DNA of 32,000 nucleotides from Candidatus Hadarchaeales archaeon (GTDB lineage: Archaea; Hadarchaeota; Hadarchaeia; Hadarchaeales; Hadarchaeaceae): contig JAWBCC010000001.1 in the NCBI GenBank assembly GCA_038823825.1, forward strand, positions 431,421 to 463,420, written 5' to 3'. This document shows positions 8,252 through 17,213 of this stretch, in pieces. Position 1 is the stretch's first letter, and each line of letters starts with the position of its first letter. The notes under the pieces are model-generated. The model was not told the origin of the DNA and searched no databases. It saw only the letters and a list, made by a program, of their open reading frames with translations. The translations under genes were made by a program, and so were the position numbers.

Positions 8252-9253
8252 TTATTTCAATGCCATTATAAAGTCCTGCTCTTTAACCTCGTCAAGCTCA
8301 TATGAAGCCTTTTCTCCTAGGATTATCGAGAGTTCAGATGATGTCAACACGGGGAAGTCGAAAAGTTCCCAATCGTCAATCGGTATTCTCGGACAGGCGA
8401 CAATGACCGCTGCATCTGGGTCAAAATCCGCCAGAGAGTCTGACGAAATTTTATCCACAATCAACAAAGTGGCTTTTCGTTCATTTCTGAGTAACTTTTC
8501 ATAAATTTTTTCCGCTAATGCGAATCGAAATTGCCCTGGTTTCGTGGAAACCACAACACACCATTTCCGAGCATCACGAGCACGCATGATGTATGCCATT
8601 CTCTTACGAAGGAACTCTTCTCCACTAATTTCCTCGACCTCAAATGTATGAGGGTTCACACATATAACTGGGCTATTAGAGATTATCGATGCGCCGAGTG
8701 GATGAAATCTGCCAGTTCCGAGATAAAGAAGACGGTCAGGATTGAGAACCGAACGAACACTTTGAAGATCACAGCCAAGAATTTGACCATCATACTTCGT
8801 CCTCCAGCCGTGTTGTCCGATCATGGGAATTCCACCCAGTCTTCGAATGATTGCCGCAAGATCGGAAAGGTAGTCGATATATTGGACCGTCGTGAAGATA
8901 GCAACCTTTTTTCCACAAATATCTCCGATTATTTTTTCCAAGGGTTCTAAATCCAAGTTTTTTACCCTAGCTTCCACGTAAAGAACCGGGATCTCTGTCC
9001 TCAGACCCATGTCTGAATGTCCATAGTGAACTAGAGCGGAGCAACCAGCTTGACACGCCTGCTTATCTGCAAGGTCGCAAGATCCGAAACAGCTATCAAA
9101 AACAATTGGTTTTATTCCTTCTCTGTAATAGACCTCCAGAATCTCGTCGCAATATCTCTTTAAACCAGCAGGAAGTTGAATCCCAACACTTTTGTTCTTG
9201 TATTGTCGGATGAACTTCACGACTTTTTCTTCTTCGAAATCAAATAACATCAT
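8252..9253 (-). CDS. dph2: Diphthamide biosynthesis enzyme Dph2 (2-(3-amino-3-carboxypropyl)histidine synthase)
   Basis: 333 aa with three expected cysteines (FDSCFGSCDLAD; NSPVICVNPHTFEVEE; VACPRIPIDDWELF). Confidence 0.93.
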   Translation of the reverse strand: MMLFDFEEEKVVKFIRQYKNKSVGIQLPAGLKRYCDEILEVYYREGIKPIVFDSCFGSCDLADKQACQAGCSALVHYGHSDMGLRTEIPVLYVEARVKNLDLEPLEKIIGDICGKKVAIFTTVQYIDYLSDLAAIIRRLGGIPMIGQHGWRTKYDGQILGCDLQSVRSVLNPDRLLYLGTGRFHPLGASIISNSPVICVNPHTFEVEEISGEEFLRKRMAYIMRARDARKWCVVVSTKPGQFRFALAEKIYEKLLRNERKATLLIVDKISSDSLADFDPDAAVIVACPRIPIDDWELFDFPVLTSSELSIILGEKASYELDEVKEQDFIMALK

Positions 9254-9414
9254 TTAAAGATTAATCTCGGACAACAATTAATAAGGATGTAATAGACGAG
9301 AATCTCTGCGTTCAATGTGCCCTCTGCACGTTCTCGAAATATTCGAGTATCCGAAGCTAGTTGGAGGATGCTATAAAGCTTATCCAGGGAAAGAAAACTA
9401 AGCGTACAATGATG

Positions 9415-10386
9415 TCACAATAGACGACTGGAGATCTGTTTCAAAACAGCTGGTTTATTTCTTCCGATTGGAGAACCAACAACCACTGTTGTTATTCCGA
9501 GCTTTCTTAGAGCTTCGATTCTTTCTTCCAAAACCTTTAGCGGTCCTGTAACACTGAACGCTTCGATCATCTCAGGGGTTACCTCCTCGCGGGCTTTTTC
9601 TATACTTCCAGCCAAAATTCTTCTCCTAACTTTCTCGACATCTTTCTCGTTTATTCCGTGTCTCTCCAAAGAACTTTTTGGAGCAGATGATGCGATGAAT
9701 GAGACAACTCCTCTGACCAACTTTCTAGCTACCTCTGGATCATCGTCTATGGATACGGCCATATAGGCCACAAAGTCAAAATTCTTTTTCTTGACTCTCA
9801 TCCCATCTCTAACGAAACTTAACGATTCGCGTATATCTTCTGGATGTGAAGCATTTATCAACACACCATCTCCCAAGCGCCCGGCAAGTTTGAGCATTTT
9901 CTCCCTTCTACCACCAACGTAAATTGGAATATGACCTCCCGGATCGAATCGCAACCTTGCTCCCTGACACTTGAAAATTTCCCCATTGAAAAATATGGTA
10001 CGGCCGGAAAGCAGACCTCTAATGATTTTGATTGCTTCTTCCACGGCTCTCACCGGTTTCTCTTGCTTTAATCCCACTGTTTGGAGGAATAACGGGTCTC
10101 CAGCGGATATTCCAAGTATGGCTCTGCCTGCAGAGATCTCATTTAACGTCGCTATCGCCGTTGCTGTGATCGCTGGGTGCGCAGTATAAGGATTCGTGAC
10201 ACCTGGCCCAAGAGAAATCTTTGACGTGCTAAGAGCCAACCTCGTCAAAACTGTGTGGACATAGCGATTATGGTAGTGGTCACATATCCAAATCTGGCTA
10301 AAACGAAGGCGTTCGACAAGTTTTGCAAGAGAAACCATTTTGTCTATTTCTATGTATGGAACAAACTCAACCCCCAGCCGCATCAC
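9415..10386 (-). CDS. mer: 5,10-methylenetetrahydromethanopterin reductase (F420-dependent)
   Basis: 323 aa; luciferase-like LLM fold (IWICDHYHNRYVHTVLTRLALSTSKISLGPGVTNPYTAHPAITATAIATLNEISAGRAILGISAGDPLFLQTVGL), diagnostic of Mer. Confidence 0.93.
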   Translation of the reverse strand: MMRLGVEFVPYIEIDKMVSLAKLVERLRFSQIWICDHYHNRYVHTVLTRLALSTSKISLGPGVTNPYTAHPAITATAIATLNEISAGRAILGISAGDPLFLQTVGLKQEKPVRAVEEAIKIIRGLLSGRTIFFNGEIFKCQGARLRFDPGGHIPIYVGGRREKMLKLAGRLGDGVLINASHPEDIRESLSFVRDGMRVKKKNFDFVAYMAVSIDDDPEVARKLVRGVVSFIASSAPKSSLERHGINEKDVEKVRRRILAGSIEKAREEVTPEMIEAFSVTGPLKVLEERIEALRKLGITTVVVGSPIGRNKPAVLKQISSRLL

Positions 10387-10421
10387 TTTTCTTTAATCTC
10401 TGATATAATAAAATACAATGT

Positions 10422-11177
10422 GTGGGGATTGAAATGGAATTTCTACCACTTCGAAATTTCCCAATTGTAAAACCCGGAGACAACCTCCCCAAGCTCATCG
10501 TAGAAACCGTGGGAAAAAACAATGTTTCGCTTGAGGAGGGAGACATAATCGTTGTATGTCAGAGCATAGTTTCTAAGAGCGAAGGAAGAATCGTTAACCT
10601 AGAGAAAGTTAAACCAAGTCGATTGAGTGTGGCATTAGCAAAGAAGCTCGGAAAAGATCCTAGAGAAGTTGAGGTAATTTTATCTGAATCTTCTGAAATC
10701 ATCAAGATTGCACACGTCATAATTTCCCGAACGAAACATGGCTTTGTCTGTGCCAATGCCGGAGTTGATCGATCAAATGCTCCACCAAACTGCGTGACGC
10801 TTCTGCCGGAAAATCCAGACGAGTCTGCGAAAAAAATACGTGATTTCATAAGGAAAAAACTCGGCGTTAATGTCGGAGTAATAATCACGGATACGCAGGG
10901 GAGAGCTTTTAGACTCGGATGCGTAGGCGTCGCCATTGGCGTTGCTGGCGTTAAGGTGTTAGATGACCTCAGAGGAAAAAAAGACATTTATGGTAAAAAA
11001 CTTGTTTCAACAATCACGAGCCCTGCAGACGCAATAGCTGCAGCCGCTGTGTTGATGATGGGTGAAGCCGATGAGAAAACCCCCGTCGTAATAGTTCGCA
11101 ATGCCCCACAATCTGTGTTCGGAGAGAGCAAATGCATCGAGCTTGTGAGACCAAAAGAGAAGGATCTTTTTGTATAA
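10422..11177 (+). CDS. cofE: Coenzyme F420-0:L-glutamate ligase
   Basis: 251 aa; VVCQSIVSKSEGRIVNLEKVKPS, ISRTKHGFVCANAGVDRSNAP, VGVIITDTQGRAFRLGCVGVAIGVAGVKVLDDLRGKKDIYGK. The start may be ATG 10434 rather than GTG 10422. Confidence 0.95.
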   Translation: MGIEMEFLPLRNFPIVKPGDNLPKLIVETVGKNNVSLEEGDIIVVCQSIVSKSEGRIVNLEKVKPSRLSVALAKKLGKDPREVEVILSESSEIIKIAHVIISRTKHGFVCANAGVDRSNAPPNCVTLLPENPDESAKKIRDFIRKKLGVNVGVIITDTQGRAFRLGCVGVAIGVAGVKVLDDLRGKKDIYGKKLVSTITSPADAIAAAAVLMMGEADEKTPVVIVRNAPQSVFGESKCIELVRPKEKDLFV

Positions 11178-11187
11178 GGTGTGATGG

Positions 11188-12123
11188 ATGATAACCGTTC
11201 TTTCCGGGGGAACCGGAACGCCAAAACTCATTCAAGGTTTAACCAAAATTGTAGATCAACGTAATCTGAGGATAATAGTGAACACAGCCGAAGATACTGA
11301 GATTTCTGGATTGTATGTTTCACCAGATATTGATACGGTTGTTTACACTCTGGCCGGAATTGTCAACGAAGAAACATGGTATGGGATATCTGGAGACACA
11401 TTTAGCTGCTATGAAATGTTGAAAGTTTTGGGAGAAAAAGAGTTGTTGAGAATCGGTGATAAAGATAGAGCTGTCAAACTTTACCGAACCTTAAAAATGC
11501 GGGAAGGATGGAGTCTATCAAGAATAACCGGAGAAATCTGCAGAACTCTTGGAGTTAAGGCAATAGTTTTGCCTATGAGTGATGATCGCGTTAGAACAGT
11601 CATTCACACGGAGGAGGGCGATTTGAGTTTCCACGAGTTCTGGGTCGCGAGAAGAGCAAATGTAAACGTAAAAAATGTAACTTTTGAGAATTTGGAAAAT
11701 GCTCGACCCGCGCCTGGAGTTCTGGAGGCCATTGATGAAAGTTCGCTAGTGATCATCGGACCTAGCAATCCGGTGACCAGTATCGGACCTATCATCGGAG
11801 TTCGAGAAATAGGAAAGAAATTGATGAAGAATAGAGAGAAGGTAGTGGCCGTTAGTCCCATCATAGGTAATGCTCCAGTCAGTGGCCCCGCAGGGATCTT
11901 GATGAAAGCCTTAAAATATGAAGTAAACCCAGTTGGTGTTGCAAAGATTTACAGACAATTTATAAAGACTATTTTTGTGGATAAAAGTGATCATTATCTC
12001 GCTCCTGAAATTGAGCGGCTCGGCATTTCTGTGGAGAGTGCCGACCTCTTTCTACCCGATATTGAATCCAGAGAGAGACTCGCAAGAAAAATTTTGGAAT
12101 ATCTAAACGAACGATCATCCTAA
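11188..12123 (+). CDS. cofD: 2-phospho-L-lactate transferase
   Basis: 311 aa; ITVLSGGTGTPKLIQGL, IVNTAEDTEISGLYVSPDIDTVVYTLAG, IIGPSNPVTSIGPII. Confidence 0.95.
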   Translation: MITVLSGGTGTPKLIQGLTKIVDQRNLRIIVNTAEDTEISGLYVSPDIDTVVYTLAGIVNEETWYGISGDTFSCYEMLKVLGEKELLRIGDKDRAVKLYRTLKMREGWSLSRITGEICRTLGVKAIVLPMSDDRVRTVIHTEEGDLSFHEFWVARRANVNVKNVTFENLENARPAPGVLEAIDESSLVIIGPSNPVTSIGPIIGVREIGKKLMKNREKVVAVSPIIGNAPVSGPAGILMKALKYEVNPVGVAKIYRQFIKTIFVDKSDHYLAPEIERLGISVESADLFLPDIESRERLARKILEYLNERSS

Positions 12124-12169
12124 CCTACTGAAAGTTATTTATGGTCGTAGAGAGTATATTGGTGGAGTA

Positions 12170-12991
12170 GTGCAGAAAGTTGCTGATCTTCACATTCATA
12201 CTATTGCCTCTGATGGTAGCTACAGACCTGAAGAAGCTGTAAAAATCGCCAAGAAAATGAAGATTTCTGCGATAGCGATCTGCGATCACGATTCTGTGGA
12301 CGGAATTGAACCGGCATTAGAAGCTGGAAAACTTTATCGGGTTAAGGTCATACCGGCTGTCGAGATGTGTTATGAAGAAGGTCCAACTGGAGCTCACATC
12401 GTTGGTTATTTTATTGATTGGCGAAATGCCACTTTGAAAGAAGCGTTACGCGAAATTCAGCAGGGGCGATTCAGAAGAATAAGAGATATTGTTGATAGAT
12501 TATCCGAAATCGGAATCGAAATAACACTCGCAGACGTTTTGGCAGAAGCGGCAGAAGGAAGTGTGCTAACGAGACCTCATGTGGCAAGAGCCATGGTTAA
12601 GCGCGGATACGTGAAATCTGAATCAGAGGCATTTGAAAAATATTTGATCTATGGACGCCCGGCCTATGTCAACCGTTACCAACTCCCCCTTGGAGAAATC
12701 ATGCGGTTGATAAGGAATTCCGGAGGAGTTCCCGTGCTTGCTCATCCAAAATATCAGGACGCCATAAAGTTTGTACCTTACCTTGTAGAACTTGGTCTCA
12801 AAGGGATCGAAGTTTACCACCCAGATCACACACCAAAAGAAGTAGCAAGATTCAAGAAAATTGCCAAAAAATACGGATTGATCGAGATAGGCGGTTCTGA
12901 TGCTCACGGGGCTGAAAGACCCATAGGAACCGTAACAGTTCCGTACGAAATTGTAGAAAGATTGGAGAAAGCCAGACCTGAGATGATTTAA
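12170..12991 (+). CDS. PHP-domain phosphoesterase
   Basis: ADLHIHTIASDGSYRPEEAV, AICDHDSVDGIEPALEAG, HPKY, HPDHTPKE, GGSDAHGAERPIG metal-binding motifs. Confidence 0.92.
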   Translation: MQKVADLHIHTIASDGSYRPEEAVKIAKKMKISAIAICDHDSVDGIEPALEAGKLYRVKVIPAVEMCYEEGPTGAHIVGYFIDWRNATLKEALREIQQGRFRRIRDIVDRLSEIGIEITLADVLAEAAEGSVLTRPHVARAMVKRGYVKSESEAFEKYLIYGRPAYVNRYQLPLGEIMRLIRNSGGVPVLAHPKYQDAIKFVPYLVELGLKGIEVYHPDHTPKEVARFKKIAKKYGLIEIGGSDAHGAERPIGTVTVPYEIVERLEKARPEMI

Positions 12992-12996
12992 AGGAG

Positions 12997-14301
12997 TCAA
13001 ACTGGTTTCATTTTGCCCCACTTTTCGAGAGCTTTTTTCAATTCGATGTGTTTTTCTGCCTGCTCTTCTAGCGGAATGTTCTGTTTGTATGCTTCTATGG
13101 CCTGTATCACCGCCATTGCCCCTGCGCGAACTCCCATCGGATGTCCAAATGTTCCTCCTCCAACCTGAACGACGATATCCGTGGTTCCATAGAGATTGAA
13201 AATCTCCGGCAAGATTCCAGGATGAAGCCCGCCGGACGCCACTGGAAGCATTGGCTTTATCTTCCCCCATGACTGCGAAAGTCGGAAGCCTGGTATCTCA
13301 TTCACCTCACGCTTTACGATTGCGTCCCTGATGGCTAAGACTTCTTCCCTCTCTCCAGCGAGTTTTCCGATAACCGTGCCGATGTGGAGCTGATCCACGC
13401 CTGCTAAACGCATGAGTTTCGCCAGAACCAGCATCGACATCCCGTGCTTGGGATTGCGCGTAAACATTGCATGCATCGCCCTATGTCCGTGAATTGCCAT
13501 GCGATAATCACGCGCGAGTTCGGTGGCTGTCTGCACCGCCGTGAATCCACTCACAACAACATCGATCATAAAATATCGGAAACCATTGTCGTGAACAAGT
13601 TTTATCCTTCTTTCTAGTTCCCAAAGGTCTGGAGCCGTCACATTAATGAATGCGTCCTTCACCTCACCCGTTTCTCTTTCCGCTCTATCTCTCTGCTTCG
13701 CTAGAAGAGTCACGCGTTTCTCGAATCTGTTGAATCTTTGACTTGTCAAATTTTCGTCGTCCTTCACACAGTCGATCCCGCCAACCCAAAGTTCATAAGC
13801 CATTTTGGCGTGTTCCGACGCGCTGAAGCCAACCTTTGGTTTCGGAACCACGGCGGTTATCGGACCAGACTCTCGCCTGAATATCTTTTTTATAGCATCA
13901 ATGCCATAAAGTGGACCGCTGAAATCTTTCAGATATTCGCTTGGAAATTGTATGTCGATCAATCTTAGATTTTTGAGAGCCTTCATACCATAGATGTTGC
14001 CACCAACTGCACTCATCAGCCCTGCGATTGATCCGTGCTCAAAGCTGTCCATTGGATAAGCGATTTTGACAAGGTTCTCCCTATACCAGAAGGCAACGGC
14101 TTTGGGTAGACTTTTTGGAAGGACTGTTAACGTTGTCCAAGTTCCGCAGGAGCTCTCTGAGGCGATTCTTCCGATAGCCTCCTCTGCCGATATCCCATTT
14201 GCCGGTTCATAATAGAAAAGCGCCACTACGTCGCTTGATTTGGGTTTATATTTCTTATCAACAAACTCTAGATACCATTCGACCTTCATCTCATCATCCA
14301 C
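12997..14301 (-). CDS. rbcL: Ribulose-1,5-bisphosphate carboxylase large chain, form III (archaeal type)
   Basis: 434 aa with active-site motifs GGIDCVKDDENLTSQRFNRFEKRV, HGHRAMHAMFTRNPKHGMS, LHIGTVIGKLAGE (loop 6), VASGGLHPG, QVGGGTFGHPMG. Confidence 0.95.
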   Translation of the reverse strand: MDDEMKVEWYLEFVDKKYKPKSSDVVALFYYEPANGISAEEAIGRIASESSCGTWTTLTVLPKSLPKAVAFWYRENLVKIAYPMDSFEHGSIAGLMSAVGGNIYGMKALKNLRLIDIQFPSEYLKDFSGPLYGIDAIKKIFRRESGPITAVVPKPKVGFSASEHAKMAYELWVGGIDCVKDDENLTSQRFNRFEKRVTLLAKQRDRAERETGEVKDAFINVTAPDLWELERRIKLVHDNGFRYFMIDVVVSGFTAVQTATELARDYRMAIHGHRAMHAMFTRNPKHGMSMLVLAKLMRLAGVDQLHIGTVIGKLAGEREEVLAIRDAIVKREVNEIPGFRLSQSWGKIKPMLPVASGGLHPGILPEIFNLYGTTDIVVQVGGGTFGHPMGVRAGAMAVIQAIEAYKQNIPLEEQAEKHIELKKALEKWGKMKPV

Positions 14302-14346
14302 TACTTTACTGTTTTTTCATATATTAAGCCAACAAACACCGTTGTC

Positions 14347-15333
14347 TCACTTTTTCCATTCCCTTGGATATGTTCCTGGTTGCATTACCACCCTTTCCGG
14401 CTTAGCTACTATTCCATATTCCGCTTCAAGGATCTGCTCAGTATTCATGACCGCCCTCGCAAGTTCAACTAATTCTCCTTTTAACGTCATTATGGCTACA
14501 AGAGAGCCGATAGCTATATCTGAATCAACAGCAACTACGCCAGGAGCCGCTAAGCTTGCACCATGACACAAAGCATCGACAGCACCATCTCTTACCACTA
14601 TTTTTGGAAGATGTTCGACAGCAGTTTCAACTGGCAGTATTACTTTTCTCAGCTCCTCTTCGTCTCCATTTTCTTTCCAAAATGCATAAGCATCAGCAAG
14701 GTCCTGCAGCTTCACAGAATTTTCTTCCTTAAAAGGTCCAGTTTTTGTTCTCCTCAGCTCCTGCATATGTGCACCACATCCAAGGGCTTCTCCGATATCA
14801 TGGCAGAGTTTCCTCATGTATGTTCCGGCTTCGCAACCAACCTTCATCAGAACATTTTTGCCCTCAATTTCTATCGGTTCGATGTAGTAGATCTGCCTTT
14901 TTCTAATTCTTCTTTTCACGGCTGCTCTTACGGGAGGCCTCTGAAAGATTTCTCCGGTGAACTCTTTGAGAACTTCCAGAAGTCTGTCCTCTGGAACATC
15001 TTTGTGAAGAACCATCAAACAAACATACTCTTTACCCGCTGGTTGTAATGCCATAATTACTTTCGTTGCATCTTCGATCGCGATCGGAAGAACTCCGCTG
15101 ACTCCCGGATCAAGTGTACCACCGTGGCCCGTCTTCTTGACATTCAGAATTTCTTTGACCCAAGCTGAGACTTCGTGAGAAGTTGGTCCGCGTGGCTTGT
15201 CTAGGTTTATAATACCTAGTCTGATAAGCTCTGAAATAGGTCTTCTGTCTGGCCTACAACCATATTTCGGATCAGACACGTCCTGAAACTTGAAGAAAGT
15301 TTGTCTCTTTACCTCTGAAGGCAAGACACCCAA
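14347..15333 (-). CDS. truB: Archaeal Cbf5/TruB pseudouridine synthase with PUA domain
   Basis: IINLDKPRGPTSHEVSAWVKEILNVKKTGHGGTLDPGVSGVLPIAIEDATKV; EAGTYMRKLCHDIGEALG; C-terminal PUA-like region. Confidence 0.96.
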   Translation of the reverse strand: MGVLPSEVKRQTFFKFQDVSDPKYGCRPDRRPISELIRLGIINLDKPRGPTSHEVSAWVKEILNVKKTGHGGTLDPGVSGVLPIAIEDATKVIMALQPAGKEYVCLMVLHKDVPEDRLLEVLKEFTGEIFQRPPVRAAVKRRIRKRQIYYIEPIEIEGKNVLMKVGCEAGTYMRKLCHDIGEALGCGAHMQELRRTKTGPFKEENSVKLQDLADAYAFWKENGDEEELRKVILPVETAVEHLPKIVVRDGAVDALCHGASLAAPGVVAVDSDIAIGSLVAIMTLKGELVELARAVMNTEQILEAEYGIVAKPERVVMQPGTYPREWKK

Positions 15334-15339
15334 AAAATT

Positions 15340-15570
15340 TCACCTTATGCCGAGATCATTGAGTTTTTTCAAAATTTCCTCGTCGGGTGTATTCTTATTT
15401 ATGTCTATTTTTTTATCCGTTGGTTCCAGATGTGCAATGTTACAACGTCTCTTTCTGACTCTTGGACCGATGACCACAACGAAGTTCCTATCAAGCACGT
15501 CCACTATCACGCATTTTTCGCCGGCCTCCCTACCCGCGATTTTCACGCAAACCCTTCCGATTTCCATCAT
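15340..15570 (-). CDS. rpl14e: 50S ribosomal protein L14e
   Basis: 76 aa (IGRVCVKIAGREAGEKCVIVDVLDRNFVVVIGPRVRKRRCNIAHLEPTD). Confidence 0.93.
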   Translation of the reverse strand: MMEIGRVCVKIAGREAGEKCVIVDVLDRNFVVVIGPRVRKRRCNIAHLEPTDKKIDINKNTPDEEILKKLNDLGIR

Positions 15571-16111
15571 TTACCTTCCTCCCAAAGAGTATTGCGCGCG
15601 TAACTGTCCATATTATCTCCTTCATCTTCTCGATAGATATTTTCTCGGTGTTTAATACGATATCGTAAGGGGAGTAGTCCGACAGATCAATTCCATAGAA
15701 TTTTTTGAATCTTTTTTCCTCGCTCTTTTCGCGCTTCACTGTCTCCCTCAGCACGTCCTTATAAAGTCTTCCTTCTCTCTCGGCGATTCTCTTTACCCTC
15801 GTCTCAAGCGGAGCCGTCAGAAGTATCTTTAAATCTGCGTTTTCCACGAGCCATCCAGCAAGCCTTGCGTCCACCAACACGTTGCCTTTCTTAGCCTCCT
15901 CGATCGTCCTCCTGTCTATTTCCTCATCGATCTTCTTGTTTCTTTCCGCATACTTAGAAAAATCTTCAAGTGACATGCCCTTCTCTGCAGCCATTTTTCT
16001 GAATATCTCGCCGGCTGATATATATCGCAGACCCAGCTTTTTCGCGAGAAATTTAGCCACTGTGGTCTTGCCTGCACCGTGGGGTCCACTTACGGCTACA
16101 ACCACCATCAA
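15530..16111 (-). CDS. cmk: Cytidylate kinase
   Basis: P-loop VAVSGPHGAGKTTVAKFLAKKLGLRYISAGEIFRKMAAEKGMSLEDFSKYAE; VLVDARLAGW. Confidence 0.93.
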   Translation of the reverse strand: MMVVVAVSGPHGAGKTTVAKFLAKKLGLRYISAGEIFRKMAAEKGMSLEDFSKYAERNKKIDEEIDRRTIEEAKKGNVLVDARLAGWLVENADLKILLTAPLETRVKRIAEREGRLYKDVLRETVKREKSEEKRFKKFYGIDLSDYSPYDIVLNTEKISIEKMKEIIWTVTRAILFGRKVNDGNRKGLRENRG

Positions 16112-16113
16112 AA

Positions 16114-16371
16114 TCAGACCCTTGCCAGCTCCTTGATTATCCTTCTAGAACATGACGGACAGAGATTTCCTCCGTAAGGCCTGTTTGGTCTCCTAGAACT
16201 TCTGGGAATTTTTGAAAGTTCTGATGGTCTAACCCGAGGAACCCCGGCAAGAATGGCTCCACACATGCCACATCTGGCAGGTTTTGCGGCCACTTTGCCT
16301 ATGTGAACCTTCGATTTGCCCCCAGGAGTTTTCACAAACCGCTTAGGTGCTCTTCTCTCGCTTTTTTTCAT
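16114..16371 (-). CDS. rpl34e: 50S ribosomal protein L34e
   Basis: 85 aa (KRFVKTPGGKSKVHIGKVAAKPARCGMCGAILAGVPRVRPSEL... NRPYGGNLCPSCSRRIIKELAR). Confidence 0.94.
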   Translation of the reverse strand: MKKSERRAPKRFVKTPGGKSKVHIGKVAAKPARCGMCGAILAGVPRVRPSELSKIPRSSRRPNRPYGGNLCPSCSRRIIKELARV

Positions 16372-17213
16372 GTTTTCACCTCGGTTTGCTGTGGTTTACT
16401 CGGTTTCTGGATGCTTGGCACTAGGATGGGTCTGAGAAGAACGGAAAATGCCATAAAAGTCAGAAAATACCACCAGCCAAAACCACACGCAACCCATTTT
16501 CCATAGATTGGCAGACTGAGGCTAAAAGGAAGCCAAGTCACTACCCACCCGCTAAAAGCTTTTGCCAGCACAACCCACAAGATTAGAAGAGGTACAAGAT
16601 AGTAAATCGATGGTTTCATCGTCTCGGACATTATAATCGTCTGCATCCTAGAAATCTCGGGCTTTCTCTGGTCTAGCTTGAGCAATCTTTTTCTGTCTTG
16701 TTTACGGAGAGCATCTCTATATTCGTTCCAGAATTCTGTCACTTGTGCTTGATAGTTGGAAACCAGCTCCCAGTTGACAACCCATTTGTTTGCAAGCGTG
16801 ACTAGGAGCGAAAGCAGAAATGTCAAAAACAAAATGAATACTGAAGAAAACTTGTGAATCGGCGAAATCGACATGCCCAGCTTTTCTCCAGCTTTGACTA
16901 TTTCTTCCCTGAGAGAGCGGATATTTTCCTCCACTGGTCTTGATGATAAACTGAGTTCAGAAAATCTGGACAAAATCTGCTGGTTAAGCTCGTTATCTAC
17001 GTTTTCCAATTGTGGTGCTATGTCTTGGCGATAGAGCTGCTCAATTTGTGAGAGACGAGCTCCCAACTCCTCACCCTTCCGAAGGCTAACGATTGTCGAA
17101 TCTATTCCTCTCATGATCTCTGCAATCCTATCGTCACTTTTAGCCGAAACACCTATCGCCGTCAGCGCAATTACGGCCGCTATCAACACGATCGCGGTTA
17201 TCAACTTTTTCAT
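16368..17213 (-). CDS. EMC3/TMCO1 (DUF106) family membrane protein with N-terminal signal-like and helical extension
   Basis: 281 aa; core FILFLTFLLSLLVTLANKWVVNWELVSNYQAQVTEFWNEYRDALRKQDRKRLLKLDQRKPEISRMQTIIMSETMKPSIYYLVPLLILW; located between eL34 and adkA in the spc cluster. Confidence 0.82.
   Translation of the reverse strand: MKKLITAIVLIAAVIALTAIGVSAKSDDRIAEIMRGIDSTIVSLRKGEELGARLSQIEQLYRQDIAPQLENVDNELNQQILSRFSELSLSSRPVEENIRSLREEIVKAGEKLGMSISPIHKFSSVFILFLTFLLSLLVTLANKWVVNWELVSNYQAQVTEFWNEYRDALRKQDRKRLLKLDQRKPEISRMQTIIMSETMKPSIYYLVPLLILWVVLAKAFSGWVVTWLPFSLSLPIYGKWVACGFGWWYFLTFMAFSVLLRPILVPSIQKPSKPQQTEVKT

Noticed and set aside
12623-13270. 215-aa plus-strand ORF across PHP/RuBisCO junction
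   Set aside because: Overlaps two strongly supported genes in other frames; the low-complexity basic composition is typical of a shadow ORF.
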